The notes: generated by a model not told the origin, from the letters alone. Counted from the first letter of the stretch, positions 28,996 through 39,088 are shown. The stretch: DNA of 64,000 bases from Thermodesulfobacteriota bacterium (GCA_049520575.1 JBEKPQ010000001.1:20333-84332), one strand, 5' to 3'. A program made the numbers and translations.

Positions 28996-29682
28996 TTATG
29001 CCTCCTTTGCCCTCAAGGCATAGACCAAATCGGGCTCGTGCTTAGCAAAATACCTGAATAACAATACCGAGACAACTCCCTCGACGATGCTGAATAACAG
29101 CATATGCTCCAAGGCCATGGCCGGAAGAGCCACAGACAACGGGTAAGGAGCATAGAGAGGTCTGCCGTCAGGCCCGATCGCCAGCATCGGCTGGATCCCG
29201 AATTCAAACCCGGTGACGGCCGCGGCGACAGAGAGACCGACATACCCGGAGAGAAAGGCTGCGATGGATAACCTCGCTCCGCCATTGGCATTTCCTCTTA
29301 TAAGTCTGAATATCCAATAAGAGACGAAGGGCATCACCACCGCCATATTGAAGCAGTTTGCGCCTAATGAGGTTATTCCACCGTCGCCAAAGACTATCGC
29401 CTGAATGATCAGGCTGACGGACACGGCTATAACTGCCGTCCACGGCCCAAGCAGAATGGCGACAATCCCGGCGCCGACCGCATGGCCCGTGGTGCCTCCC
29501 GGAATAGGCACATTAAACATCATTATGAGAAAGGAAAAAGCCGCCGACATAGCCAGATACGGGATGTGCTTGATGGAAAGCTCTTTCTTCATCTTCTTAA
29601 GGGCAACAGACCAGAACACCAAAGATGCCCCATAGAGAGGCACATACGTTTGAGGACTCAGGTAGCCGTCAGGTATATGCAT
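28996..29682 (-). CDS. cbiM: Ni/Co ECF substrate-binding component NikM/CbiM
   Basis: N-terminal MHIPDGYL, PIPGGTTGH, FGDGG...GAN.FNM. Confidence 0.93.
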   Translation of the reverse strand: MHIPDGYLSPQTYVPLYGASLVFWSVALKKMKKELSIKHIPYLAMSAAFSFLIMMFNVPIPGGTTGHAVGAGIVAILLGPWTAVIAVSVSLIIQAIVFGDGGITSLGANCFNMAVVMPFVSYWIFRLIRGNANGGARLSIAAFLSGYVGLSVAAAVTGFEFGIQPMLAIGPDGRPLYAPYPLSVALPAMALEHMLLFSIVEGVVSVLLFRYFAKHEPDLVYALRAKEA

Positions 29683-30421
29683 TTAAAACCTCCAGGTAAT
29701 GCCGCCACGTATGCTATATCCGTTTCGGAATAGGTTAATCCGCCCTTGACACCCAGGCAATATCGAGATTCTCTTTGGGTGACCAGATCAGCTCGCCAAG
29801 AATATAGGCCGGGGGGTTGCTCGATGACCGATCGGGGTTGGACTCCACACCGATATCGGCCACAAACTTCAGTTTCTTTACCACCTCGACGGTTGAGGCA
29901 AAAGAAGCATGCCATAGGTCCGTACGATCATCCTCTGTGTTATTATTCCTGATATAGGCGAGATTAAGGTGGAAGGACCAGGAATTAATTTCCTTCGAGG
30001 TTATGAAGATGAGATAATACGTCATCATCCCTGCGCCAAGGTCTTTTTTGTCATCCCCCGTGGGGATGGTGAAGCCCGGCTTCAATGCAAGACTTAATCC
30101 TTCCTTCTCATAAAACCGCCACTTTAATTCGATCGCCAGATCGGAAAGGCCGCTCCCTGTCGTCTCCAAACCACAATCGGACTTACGCCAAAACTGATAG
30201 GGTATGGAGATAGCGATGTCAACCGGGTCAGCAATCCCGTAAGTCAAAGTGGACGAAAAGGCCCCTTTGTCATTGACGATTTCTTCCCGTTCATGGGCGT
30301 ATTCTCCTAAGAATTCCAATTGAAACTTTCCCTTGCCCTGTGTCCCGGTGTCATTAGTGATGAGAGGAATAGCGGCCAACGACGTGAAACAACATCCCAA
30401 AATCAGGGATACAAAAAACAT
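29683..30421 (-). pseudogene. Outer-membrane beta-barrel (MetA-pathway/'transporter'-like) with two 3' frameshifts
   Basis: PLITNDTGTQGKGKFQLE, DLAIELKWRFYE; shifting frame twice restores LGVKGGLT.SETD.SIRGGITWRF* ending next to the cbiM ATG. Confidence 0.7.
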
Positions 30422-30466
30422 GAGCGCAACAAGTTTTTTCTTCCAGCCTCCTTTGTCCTTTTTATG

Positions 30467-30493
30467 GTATTACAAATAAAATAATCGTGCTAC
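30467..30493. promoter_or_regulatory. Putative NikR operator for the nickel transporter operon
   Basis: GTATTAC-N13-GTGCTAC; matches the site upstream of nikR. Confidence 0.75.
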
Positions 30494-30508
30494 TATAAAA
30501 GAAAAAAA

Positions 30509-30925
30509 TTATTTCAAGTGTTTTCCAGTCGTTGTCACCGTGAGCTTTCCGTGTATTACTCCTTTTGTCCCGATCAACCTGTCGGCGATTATCTTGATAT
30601 CCTTGGCCTTGCCCTTAACTACTATGACTTCAAGACAATTATGCCCGTCGAGATGTATATGCATCGTCGAAATTATCGAGCTATGGTATAGATGCTGCAA
30701 ATCGGTAAGGTTATCGGTGAGTTCTCTGGTGTCGTGGGAATAGACCAGGGTTATGGTTCCGACGGTTTCGGTGCTTAACGATTCCCATTCCTCAGTAACC
30801 AGACTGTTTCTGATAAGGTCCCTGATCGCCTCGCTCCGGTTGGCATAACTTTTCTTCTTTATGAGCTGATCAAAGCTCTCAATCAGACCCTTCTCAAGTG
30901 ATATGCCGAATCTGAATACTCCCAT
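30509..30925 (-). CDS. nikR: Nickel-responsive regulator NikR
   Basis: [20 protein letters not shown]...[12 protein letters not shown]. Confidence 0.96.
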   Translation of the reverse strand: MGVFRFGISLEKGLIESFDQLIKKKSYANRSEAIRDLIRNSLVTEEWESLSTETVGTITLVYSHDTRELTDNLTDLQHLYHSSIISTMHIHLDGHNCLEVIVVKGKAKDIKIIADRLIGTKGVIHGKLTVTTTGKHLK

Positions 30926-30926
30926 G

Positions 30927-30953
30927 GTAGCACTTTTATAAAATAAGTGCTAC
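30927..30953. promoter_or_regulatory. Putative NikR autoregulatory operator next to the -10 element
   Basis: Perfect GTAGCAC-N13-GTGCTAC abutting the nikR ATG; TTGACA (30976-30981) and TATAGT (30952-30957) on the minus strand. Confidence 0.78.
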
Positions 30954-31111
30954 TATAATCTCGGCCTCTTTCTTCTGTCAAGAGATTTTTTAATATTTTA
31001 TTTTAAAGGAAATCTACGGCTATTGATAAAGGTCTAAGGGGAGGGAAAATTCTACCCCAGGATGATTTCCCAAAGGTTCCCGTGGTCTTCCTGGACCTTG
31101 ACTTTTTTCCG

Positions 31112-31807
31112 CTACTTTGCCTGGGTGTAAAGCACAGCCACTATCCTGGCCATTCGATCTCCCAGGGCCCGCACCCGATGAGCCATGGTGGAATCATAAT
31201 AAATAGAATCTTCCGGAGATAGGACCTCTCTTTTTTCCCCCAAGACGACCTCAACTTCCCCTTCCAGCACAAAAATAAATTCCTCCCCATCATGAGTTGA
31301 AGCTGGTTCATCCTGAGAAGTAGGCTCCAAAGTGACCAGAAAAGGCTCCATGTTTCGATTCTTCTTTTCGGGGGCCAGGGTTTCATAGGTATATCCATAA
31401 CGCTGGGTCTTCAGAGAACCGTACCTGGAGATGGTTTTACGATTTTTTTTATGAACTACGGTAAAAGGTTTGGACTTGCCCTGGACAAGCAAATAGCCCA
31501 TTTTCATTTCCAAGGCCCTGGCCAATTTGACCATATCCCCTAAGGGAGGCAGAATCTCGCCGGTTTCAATTTGGGCGATGGTCGATTCCAGGAAACCGGT
31601 TCTCTGGGCAATATCTTTAAGGGAAAGGCCTTTTGTTTCTCGAACGGCTTTGATCCTGGCCCCCACCGAAAGAGACATGGAAGCCTCTTCCTCATGAGCG
31701 GATAAACGGGAAATACCTTCCAAAAAATCCGATTCGGCTGTGTGGGCATAATCTTTCAAGGTTTCTATCCGGTCGCCGGCACCTCTTTCTTTTTTTGAAG
31801 CTTTCAT
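31112..31807 (-). CDS. XRE HTH-cupin transcriptional regulator
   Basis: VG.RIK..R...GLSL..IA, YE.LA..K.NRNMEPFLV, H.GEEFIFVLEG. Confidence 0.9.
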   Translation of the reverse strand: MKASKKERGAGDRIETLKDYAHTAESDFLEGISRLSAHEEEASMSLSVGARIKAVRETKGLSLKDIAQRTGFLESTIAQIETGEILPPLGDMVKLARALEMKMGYLLVQGKSKPFTVVHKKNRKTISRYGSLKTQRYGYTYETLAPEKKNRNMEPFLVTLEPTSQDEPASTHDGEEFIFVLEGEVEVVLGEKREVLSPEDSIYYDSTMAHRVRALGDRMARIVAVLYTQAK

Positions 31808-31925
31808 AAGTCCCCCTGATTGCCGTTTACAAGATAATTAAATATACCAAAGGATTTAAAAGGAAACAAGGATTTTGGTAATGGATGGTTTACCTCTTTG
31901 GTAATTTAACAAGGAAATAAGGTTC

Positions 31926-31946
31926 GATCCCGCCGATGGCGGGACT
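31926..31946. repeat. 21-bp REP-like hairpin (copies at 8677, 33800, 35288, 38258, 42208, 50363, 50475)
   Basis: ATCCCGCC-NNN-GGCGGGACT family seen in both orientations. Confidence 0.85.
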
Positions 31947-31956
31947 TGAATCCTTA

Positions 31957-32005
31957 GAATAATTTTCATGTTTCGTTGGCCCCCCAGGGGGTAAGGGTTT
32001 AGAAC
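31957..32005. repeat. ~50-bp repeat family C (copies at 38304-38358 and, inverted, 50629-50678)
   Basis: ATTTTCATGTTTCGT.G..CCC..GGG..ATGAGGGTT consensus visible in three intergenic regions. Confidence 0.7.
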
Positions 32006-32137
32006 GCAAAAAGGTGTGATGTTAGTAAAAAAAAATAATTGTTTTTTTTAATTCAGCTATGATAAAATAATAAACTTTATAAGGCCTTGGATTGCGGAAA
32101 CGCTTTTTATCAACTCAGTCTTTGGGCATAGCACTTC

Positions 32138-32848
32138 ATGCCAAGGAGGGTTTTTATTCCTCAGGATGAAGAAGTTCCCCATTATGTGGGTCATCGAAAG
32201 CGAGTAAAAGACCGCTTTCTCCGGGCGGGGTTGGATTCATTTCAAGATTACGAAGTAGTGGAATTTATTTTGAACTATGCCCAAGCCAGGAAGGATACCA
32301 AACCTCTGGCCAAGGATTTAATAAAGAGATTTGGTTCGTTACGAGGGATCGTAGAGGCCCCTTTGGAAGAATTAAAGGAAGTCAAAGGGGTTGGGAAACA
32401 TAGCGCCTTACTCTTTAAATTGGTTAAAGCCGCCTCAGAGCGGTATCTTCGCGATCGTTTCCTTAATTCTCAAAATGTTATCACCTCTCCCGGAGATCTG
32501 ATAACCTATTGTCAGTCCAAGATGGGATGGCTGAAGGACGAACAGTTTAGGATGATCTATCTGAATACCCGAAATCAAGTTATTGAAGAAGAAGTTTTAC
32601 AAGAGGGAACGGTGGATCAAACCGTTGTCTATCCTCGAAAGGTTATGGAGAGCGCTATACGGTTGAAAGCAACGGCCCTGATCTTGGTCCATAACCATCC
32701 CGGAGGGTCCCCCCATCCTTCTCCGGAGGATCGGGAATTAACCCGGACTTTGGCCAGGGCGGCCAATAATTTTCAGATTAAGGTCCACGATCATTTAATT
32801 ATTGGGCGGGAAGGCCATTTTAGTTTTTTGGAAAATAATCTTTTATAA
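32138..32848 (+). CDS. radC: RadC family JAB-domain protein
   Basis: GHRKR, DYE, HhH, GTVD...VYPR, HNHPGG...PS.ED, DHLII. Confidence 0.93.
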   Translation: MPRRVFIPQDEEVPHYVGHRKRVKDRFLRAGLDSFQDYEVVEFILNYAQARKDTKPLAKDLIKRFGSLRGIVEAPLEELKEVKGVGKHSALLFKLVKAASERYLRDRFLNSQNVITSPGDLITYCQSKMGWLKDEQFRMIYLNTRNQVIEEEVLQEGTVDQTVVYPRKVMESAIRLKATALILVHNHPGGSPHPSPEDRELTRTLARAANNFQIKVHDHLIIGREGHFSFLENNLL

Positions 32849-32859
32849 AAACAGCGCAC

Positions 32860-33045
32860 ATGAAGGATGAAGATAAAAAAATGAATCAAGTTGATATCTT
32901 ACGTGAAGAATTGGTAGAGATTTTAAAACACAAATGGATTGAATCGGAAAAGGCCGGATACGACCTTGGAGACAAAGCGGTTTGGGATTGGGTTCAAAAG
33001 TATGCCCATGAATTCAGGGAATACTGGCAAAAGAAAACCTCTTAA
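32860..33045 (+). CDS. Small DUF4032-like protein
   Basis: EILKHKWIESEKAG.DLG..A..DWV.KYA..FR motif. Confidence 0.65.
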   Translation: MKDEDKKMNQVDILREELVEILKHKWIESEKAGYDLGDKAVWDWVQKYAHEFREYWQKKTS

Positions 33046-33192
33046 GTCTTTCCCCTTTTTCTACCTCCAATTATATTCCACTTATATTCCACGGAATTTT
33101 TTCTAATTGCAAAAGAGAAAAACTTGTGATTAGTATGTGTCTTATTATTGACGAGTTTTTCAAAGATTTCCTGGTTTTTGGAATTTATTGAC

Positions 33193-33792
33193 ATGGCCCA
33201 TCCTGGTCAAAAAGACCCATTCCGGGTCAGAGCCAAGGAAGAGGGATATCCTGCCCGGTCGGTTTACAAATTAAAAGAGATCCAAGATAAATTTAAATTG
33301 ATTCGACCCGGGCAGCGTATTGTCGATTTAGGTTGTCATCCAGGTTCCTGGCTCAGGTTTTGTTCTCAGACCGTGGGGCCTGAAGGTCAGGTATTGGGGA
33401 TAGATTTAAAAAATCCGACAATTCCCTTGTACCCGAACACCTTTTTCTTAAAAGCCGACCTAACAACGGTCTCGGATGAAACCGTCAAAGAATGGGCCGG
33501 TCAGGTGGAACTGGTTTTGAGCGACCTCTCCCCCAAAACAAGCGGTATTAAATGGCTGGATCACCAACGCTCTCTGGATTTAAATCTTAGAGCCTTTGAA
33601 CTCGTTTTTCTTATTCTAAAGAAAGAAGGGGCTGTGGTCTTGAAGATTTTCAATGGAGAAGGGACTAAGGATTTTTTAAAAAAAATGAATGGTCGTTTTA
33701 AACAGGTGCATGTTCATAAACCTAGAAGTTCGCGCCGGGAGAGCTCTGAGATCTATCTGGTCGGTCAAGGGTTTAAAAAAAATAGGGTTTGA
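33193..33792 (+). CDS. rlmE: 23S rRNA Um2552 methyltransferase RlmE/FtsJ
   Basis: AK.EGY.ARSVYKL.EI, DLGC.PGSW, SD.SP..SG, KP.SSR.ES.E.Y. Confidence 0.92.
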   Translation: MAHPGQKDPFRVRAKEEGYPARSVYKLKEIQDKFKLIRPGQRIVDLGCHPGSWLRFCSQTVGPEGQVLGIDLKNPTIPLYPNTFFLKADLTTVSDETVKEWAGQVELVLSDLSPKTSGIKWLDHQRSLDLNLRAFELVFLILKKEGAVVLKIFNGEGTKDFLKKMNGRFKQVHVHKPRSSRRESSEIYLVGQGFKKNRV

Positions 33793-33906
33793 GGATTCCA
33801 GTCCCGCCTCTGGCGGGATTGAATCCTTTGATTAGTTTTTATTTTGATAGGACCAGACGGGCCTGAGGTTTAATATGAGATTAACAAAAGATATAAGGAG
33901 GAAGGT

Positions 33907-34653
33907 ATGTCCGGGCATTCCAAATGGAGTACCATAAAACGAAAAAAAGGCGCGGCCGATGCCAAACGGGGTAAGGTCTTCTCAAAAGTCATTAAAGAGA
34001 TTACCGTGGCCGCTCGAACAGGTGGAGGAGACCCGGAGGGAAATCCAAGGTTGCGGGCAGCGATTGCCCTGGCCAAAAGCGAAAATATGCCCAAGGATAA
34101 TATTGACCGGGCCATTAAAAAAGGGACCGGCGGACTGGATGGGGCAGCCTATGAAGAGATTTTTTACGAAGGATACGGTCCGGGAGGTGTGGCCATATTG
34201 GCCCAGGTGTTGACCGACAATAAAAATCGGACCGTCGCCGACATCCGGCATATCTTTACCAAGAACGGGGGCAGTATGGGAGAGACCGGATGTGTGGCCT
34301 GGATGTTTGAAAAGAAGGGGTATCTTGTCTTTGAAAAGAACAAAATCGACGAAGAGGCCTTGATGGAGTGGGGATTGGAGGCCGGCGTAGATGATATTAG
34401 GGAACAGGAAAACGAATGGGAGGTGATTACCTCTCTGGAAAACCTAGAAAAGATCCGGGCCGCCCTGGAGGAAAAAAAATGGATCCCTCAGGTGGCGGAA
34501 TTGACCATGCTCCCGAAAAATACGGTTACCCTCGAAGGGAAAAACGCCGAGCAAATGCTACGCATGATGGAAGCCCTGGAGGAAAATGAGGATGTCCAGA
34601 ACGTCTATGCCAACTTCGACATCCCCGATAAGGTCATGGAGGCCCTGGATTAA
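33907..34653 (+). CDS. yebC: YebC/PmpR family protein
   Basis: [32 protein letters not shown]. Confidence 0.96.
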   Translation: MSGHSKWSTIKRKKGAADAKRGKVFSKVIKEITVAARTGGGDPEGNPRLRAAIALAKSENMPKDNIDRAIKKGTGGLDGAAYEEIFYEGYGPGGVAILAQVLTDNKNRTVADIRHIFTKNGGSMGETGCVAWMFEKKGYLVFEKNKIDEEALMEWGLEAGVDDIREQENEWEVITSLENLEKIRAALEEKKWIPQVAELTMLPKNTVTLEGKNAEQMLRMMEALEENEDVQNVYANFDIPDKVMEALD

Positions 34654-34656
34654 CAA

Positions 34657-35169
34657 ATGGCCTATCGGCAGCCCGGCCGCACCCTGGGTATTGATCCGGG
34701 GTCTCAAATAACTGGATTTGGGGTTTTAGAGAAAAACGGGGCAAGGATCAGTCATATACACAGCGGTTTTGTCCGCTTGACCCTTCCCCCTTCACTTTCT
34801 TTGCGGCTCAAGCTTTTGCATCAAACCCTGAAACAGGTCATTGAAGAATACCGGCCCACCGATCTGGCGGTAGAAAAGGTTTTTTTTGCCAAGAACGTTC
34901 AGAGCGCTCTGACCCTGGGCCATGTTCGCGGTGTGGTTCTGCTAAGTGCCATAGAGTCGGGGCTGGAGATTTTTGAATACAGCCCCTTGGAGATCAAACA
35001 GGCGGTCACCGGATACGGGCGGGCCGAGAAAAAGCAAGTCGAGGAGATGGTCAAGGTTTTGTTGGGGATCCCATCCATCCAAAATCAAGATGTTTCCGAT
35101 GCCTTAGCCGCGGGAATTTGTCATTTAAATTGGTTTTATCCTGCTAACCGAATAATGAAAAAATCTTGA
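34657..35169 (+). CDS. ruvC: Holliday junction resolvase RuvC
   Basis: LGIDPG, AVE.VF, LGH.RG, EY.P..IKQAVTGYGRA.K.QV, DALA. Confidence 0.95.
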   Translation: MAYRQPGRTLGIDPGSQITGFGVLEKNGARISHIHSGFVRLTLPPSLSLRLKLLHQTLKQVIEEYRPTDLAVEKVFFAKNVQSALTLGHVRGVVLLSAIESGLEIFEYSPLEIKQAVTGYGRAEKKQVEEMVKVLLGIPSIQNQDVSDALAAGICHLNWFYPANRIMKKS

Positions 35170-35173
35170 AGTA

Positions 35174-35331
35174 TAGGTTGATCAAAAATGACCAGATACA
35201 AGGCGTGCAAATCCTGAGGTATGAAGCGTACATAAAAGTTCGCTGCAATAAGTCTGCTCCGATTAAGGCCGGGGAAGGGTGCAGCACAATCCCGCGAAAC
35301 GCGGGACTGACGGGGATTTTTCATCAACCTG
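35174..35331 (-). mobile_element. MITE-like element with AGGTTGAT..AAAA termini and two hairpin inserts
   Basis: Terminal inverted repeats aggttgatcaaaaa / tttttcatcaacct; core homologous to the 42110, 48915, 50339 and 60302 copies. Confidence 0.75.
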
Positions 35332-35344
35332 GTAAGGAACAAGG

Positions 35345-35947
35345 ATGATCGCTTTTCTCGAAGGCCGCCTATTATCCAAATCACCTGAAGGTATCATCGT
35401 CTTAGCCCAGGGGATCGGCTATCAGGTGGCGGTTCCTCTCTCTTCTTTTTATGACCTGCCTTCCGTAGAGCAAGCGGTCCAGCTTCATATTTACACCCAT
35501 GTCCGCCAGGATACCTTTCAACTCTTCGGTTTTATGACCCCTAAAGAAAAAGAGATTTTCCTGCTTCTTATTGGGGTCTCCGGCATCGGCCCCAAGGTGG
35601 CCTTGAACATCCTTTCCGGTATTTCTGTCCAGGAATTCTGCCAGGCCCTACTGACGGAAGACAGTGCCCGGATTCAAAGAATTCCAGGGGTGGGCAAGAA
35701 AACCGCTGAACGGATTGTTTTGGAATTAAAAGACAAGATCAAGAAAATGAGTTCCGGACCCTTGCCGTCTTTGGTCCGGGGAGTTGAAGAAGGAATACCG
35801 TTCGAGGATGCTGTTTCGGCCTTAGTAAACCTGGGATATCCCAGAGCCGTTGCCGAGAAGACCTTGGATCGGATAAAAAATGAAACCGATGGACCGATTT
35901 CTCTTGAAGATCTCCTTCGAAAGGCCTTAAAGTCATTGTCGAGATGA
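35345..35947 (+). CDS. ruvA: Holliday junction DNA-binding protein RuvA
   Basis: [41 protein letters not shown]. Confidence 0.96.
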   Translation: MIAFLEGRLLSKSPEGIIVLAQGIGYQVAVPLSSFYDLPSVEQAVQLHIYTHVRQDTFQLFGFMTPKEKEIFLLLIGVSGIGPKVALNILSGISVQEFCQALLTEDSARIQRIPGVGKKTAERIVLELKDKIKKMSSGPLPSLVRGVEEGIPFEDAVSALVNLGYPRAVAEKTLDRIKNETDGPISLEDLLRKALKSLSR

Positions 35948-36975
35948 AGCCGGAACGAATTATCAATCCTAAACTTACCGAAGAAGAAAGGCGTTTGGAA
36001 GTCGGCCTGAGACCTAAAGGTCTTTCTGAATTTGTCGGCCAGGAAGAGGTCAAGAACAATCTAAAGGTTTTTATCCAGGCGACCATAGAACGGGGAGAGG
36101 CATTGGATCATGTGCTTCTCTATGGATTCCCAGGACTGGGCAAGACCACTCTGGCCAATATTATTGCCCATGAGCTGAATGTCAACCTCAAGGGCACGTC
36201 AGGTCCGGTGGTCGAAAGACCGGGGGACTTGGCGGCCCTGTTGACCAATTTATCTCATAATGATTGTCTGTTTATTGATGAAATCCATCGTCTAAATCAT
36301 GTAGTGGAAGAGATCCTCTATCCAGCCATGGAAGACTTTCAGTTGGATATCATGATCGGACAGGGGCCCAGTGCCCGCTCCATCAAGTTGGATCTGCCCA
36401 AATTCACTCTGATAGGGGCTACGACCCGGGCCGGCCTGCTCACCCCACCATTGCGGGACCGGTTTGGGGTGGTCCTGAGGGTTGATTTTTACTCCGCAGA
36501 AGAGTTAAAGATTATCCTCTTCCGGTCGGCGGAGATTCTGAATATCCCGGTAGAAGAGGGCGGAATTTTGGAGATTGCCAAGCGCTCCAGGGGAACCCCA
36601 CGGGTGGCTAATCGGATCCTCAAACGGGTCAGAGATTTTGCCCAAGTCAAGGCCAACGGCTGTATTACCTTGAAAGTTGCCCAGGAGGCCTTGAGGATGC
36701 TGGAAGTAGACCAATTGGGTCTGGACAAAATGGACCGAAAAATTTTACTGACTATCATCGAAAAATTTAATGGAGGCCCGGTAGGAGTCGAGGCTCTCTC
36801 CGTGGCCTTGGGCGAGGAAAGAGACACCTTGGAGGATGTCTATGAGCCTTTTTTGATTCAATGCGGATTTCTGAATCGTACCCCCAGGGGGAGGGTGGCT
36901 ACCCCTTTGGCCTATGGTCATTTTGGGAAAAAAGTCCCCCAGGAATTCCAAGGAAGTCTGTTTGAAGGATCTTGA
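35944..36975 (+). CDS. ruvB: Holliday junction helicase RuvB
   Basis: [38 protein letters not shown]. Confidence 0.97.
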   Translation: MKPERIINPKLTEEERRLEVGLRPKGLSEFVGQEEVKNNLKVFIQATIERGEALDHVLLYGFPGLGKTTLANIIAHELNVNLKGTSGPVVERPGDLAALLTNLSHNDCLFIDEIHRLNHVVEEILYPAMEDFQLDIMIGQGPSARSIKLDLPKFTLIGATTRAGLLTPPLRDRFGVVLRVDFYSAEELKIILFRSAEILNIPVEEGGILEIAKRSRGTPRVANRILKRVRDFAQVKANGCITLKVAQEALRMLEVDQLGLDKMDRKILLTIIEKFNGGPVGVEALSVALGEERDTLEDVYEPFLIQCGFLNRTPRGRVATPLAYGHFGKKVPQEFQGSLFEGS

Positions 36976-37083
36976 TCTTCCAGCGGTTGATAGATTAAAA
37001 AGAAACTCCTTGAAGGCAACCGCGGTGGCCAGGGAATCCTTTCGCGAAGCGGCTTTAAAGCAGGCCAAGGGGATAGGAACTCC

Positions 37084-37872
37084 ATGAATGCGATCACCTT
37101 TTTTAGTTTAAAAGGAGGAACTGGGAAAACAACCCTAAGCAGTTCTTTGGGCTGGCTTCTGGCCGAAGAAGGGTATTTTGTATTGATGATCGACCTGGAT
37201 CCTCAAGGTCATTTGACCCAATCGCTCCAAGGCAAACCCGCTAAAAATCAAACTTCATTGTATTATTCCTTGATCCATGAGCGCCCCCTGGCAGGGTCGA
37301 TAGTCCCCACCCCCCACCCAAGGCTTTCTTTGATTCCGGCCACGGAGGACCATCTATATTTAAATAATGCCTTGATTTCCAAACCCTGGAGGGAATGGAA
37401 ATTAAAAGACGCCTTATCGGCCATGGTCCCTTTTCCTTATGATTTGGTTATTATGGATGTCGGGGCCAGTTTGAATTTAATTACCTATAATGCCTTATTT
37501 GCTGCACAGACTCTTATCATACCGGTATTACCTGATATCTTTTCATACCTAAGTCTGAAAAACCTTTTTGCTTTTTTAGAAAAAACCTGCAAAGATTTTC
37601 GGTATAATTTAAAAATGATTTGGATCTTGATGAATAAGCTGAATAACCACCGCCCATTAGATCGGGAGAACCGGGTTGCTTTAGAAAAGTATTATCATAA
37701 ATTTTTAATGCCGGTCATGGTGCGAGAAGACCAGAAATTTTCTCACGCCATCAAACTTCAAATCCCCGTAACGACCTTTGCACCCCAATCGGCAGCGGCC
37801 CGTGACCTGAGGAAGGTGGTCCAATTTTTAGAAAGTATCTTATCACAGTCAAAAACCCTAAAGCGTAAATAA
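37084..37872 (+). CDS. Orphan ParA/Soj family ATPase
   Basis: KGGTGKTT deviant Walker A, IDLDPQG.LT; no parB nearby. Confidence 0.88.
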   Translation: MNAITFFSLKGGTGKTTLSSSLGWLLAEEGYFVLMIDLDPQGHLTQSLQGKPAKNQTSLYYSLIHERPLAGSIVPTPHPRLSLIPATEDHLYLNNALISKPWREWKLKDALSAMVPFPYDLVIMDVGASLNLITYNALFAAQTLIIPVLPDIFSYLSLKNLFAFLEKTCKDFRYNLKMIWILMNKLNNHRPLDRENRVALEKYYHKFLMPVMVREDQKFSHAIKLQIPVTTFAPQSAAARDLRKVVQFLESILSQSKTLKRK

Positions 37873-37887
37873 TCAAGGAGACCATTC

Positions 37888-38232
37888 ATGAATGATATTT
37901 ATGAGGCAAACGCCCCGATAAAGTGCCCTACCCCCAAAGAACAGCCCGACATTGTGGAGGATTCTATGGTGGGAGGAGTGTTGAAAAACCCGCCGGTAAA
38001 AGAAACGGTCGTTCGATGGAAAAAAGAGGTCATTGATAAGATTCAATACTTGAGGGAAAATTTAGAGCTGGCCAACCAGGAAAAAGAGGCCCTCTCCCAG
38101 GAAATGGACCGGATACATTCTGAGTTAACCGACTCCAAAGAGCGGATTCAAAAACTGGAAGGCGAGTTGTCGGAAGCCTTAGAAACCTTCAATACGTTAT
38201 TGAATGAGGTCTCTCAGGCCTTGGAGAGTTAA
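37888..38232 (+). CDS. Small coiled-coil hypothetical protein
   Basis: AAGGAG RBS; acidic heptad-rich C-terminal half; 15 bp after the ParA gene. Confidence 0.75.
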   Translation: MNDIYEANAPIKCPTPKEQPDIVEDSMVGGVLKNPPVKETVVRWKKEVIDKIQYLRENLELANQEKEALSQEMDRIHSELTDSKERIQKLEGELSEALETFNTLLNEVSQALES

Positions 38233-38449
38233 TATGAACATAGAGGTCGAGGATTCCAGTCCCGCCTCTGGCGGGATTGAATCCTTAACCCCTTGACCCT
38301 TTAGAATCATTTTCATGTTTCGTGGTGCCCGAACCAGGCAGATATGAGGGTTGAATACGATTTGAGTTTGGAATTCAGTGTAAAAATTCACCACTCCTAA
38401 CTCCAAACTTATTCCACTTCCACTTTAATTTAAGAAAGAGGGATTTAAT

Positions 38450-39052
38450 ATGGCAAACAAAAAACGTGCCTTGATCAGCGTTACGGACAAGTCTGGAATC
38501 GTTCCCTTGGCCCAGGAGTTAGTAAACCTTGGCTTTGAAATCTTATCTACCGGCGGAACGGCCAAGGCCTTAAAAGCAGCGGCCATACCGGTGACCGAAG
38601 TTTCAGCCTATACGGGCTTTCCGGAAATTTTGGACGGCCGGGTCAAAACCCTTCAGCCCAAAATTCATGGTGGACTTTTAGGCCGCAGGAACGACCCCAA
38701 ACACCTGGAACAGATGAACGCTCTGGACATCGAACCGATTGATCTGTTGATCGTCAACCTCTATGCCTTTGAAAAAACCGTGGCCAAACCCGGATGCACC
38801 CTGGAAGAGGCCATAGAAAATATTGATATCGGTGGCCCGGCCTTGCTTCGGGCGGCTGCTAAAAATTTTCAGGATGTGACGGTTCTAACCGATCCGGCCG
38901 ATTATCCCAAGGTCCTTTTGGAAATAAAATCCAGCGGGAATACTTCCAAGGCGACCCGGTTTTATCTGGCCAAGAAGGTCTATGCCCTGACCCATTACTA
39001 TGATGGGGCCATTACCCAATATCTGGCTGACATCGAGTTCAAAGAAAAATAG
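38450..39052 (+). CDS. purH: IMP cyclohydrolase (MGS-like) domain of split PurH
   Basis: [44 protein letters not shown] then stop. Confidence 0.92.
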   Translation: MANKKRALISVTDKSGIVPLAQELVNLGFEILSTGGTAKALKAAAIPVTEVSAYTGFPEILDGRVKTLQPKIHGGLLGRRNDPKHLEQMNALDIEPIDLLIVNLYAFEKTVAKPGCTLEEAIENIDIGGPALLRAAAKNFQDVTVLTDPADYPKVLLEIKSSGNTSKATRFYLAKKVYALTHYYDGAITQYLADIEFKEK

Positions 39053-39088
39053 CCTTGTAATAGTGGAAAAAAGGAGCTGATCGAGAAC

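Noticed and set aside
30425-30505. Cobalamin riboswitch upstream of the cbiM-like operon
   Set aside because: Spacer too short and AT-rich with no B12 box; a NikR-type operator explains it
31915-31950. GGTTCGATCCC resembling a tRNA T-arm
   Set aside because: No D-arm, anticodon arm or acceptor stem; it is the junction of an 8-mer repeat and the 21-bp hairpin
32138-32848. RadC/JAB as a sign of a CBASS or other defence island
   Set aside because: Full-length housekeeping-type RadC with HhH; no cyclase, E1/E2 or effector genes nearby
35166-35348. 60-aa ORF between ruvC and ruvA (also 2652-2864, 50305-50595, 60280-60489)
   Set aside because: These ORFs are translations of repeat elements
33791-38286. 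Identical 38-bp palindromic sequences at 33791 and 38249 as a CRISPR repeat or att pair
   Set aside because: They are 4.4 kb apart, flank core ruv genes, and have no spacers, cas or integrase genes; they belong to the dispersed hairpin family
38300-38445. Possible ZTP riboswitch upstream of purH
   Set aside because: ZTP consensus elements were not seen; the region is made of repeat family C and a 7-mer array
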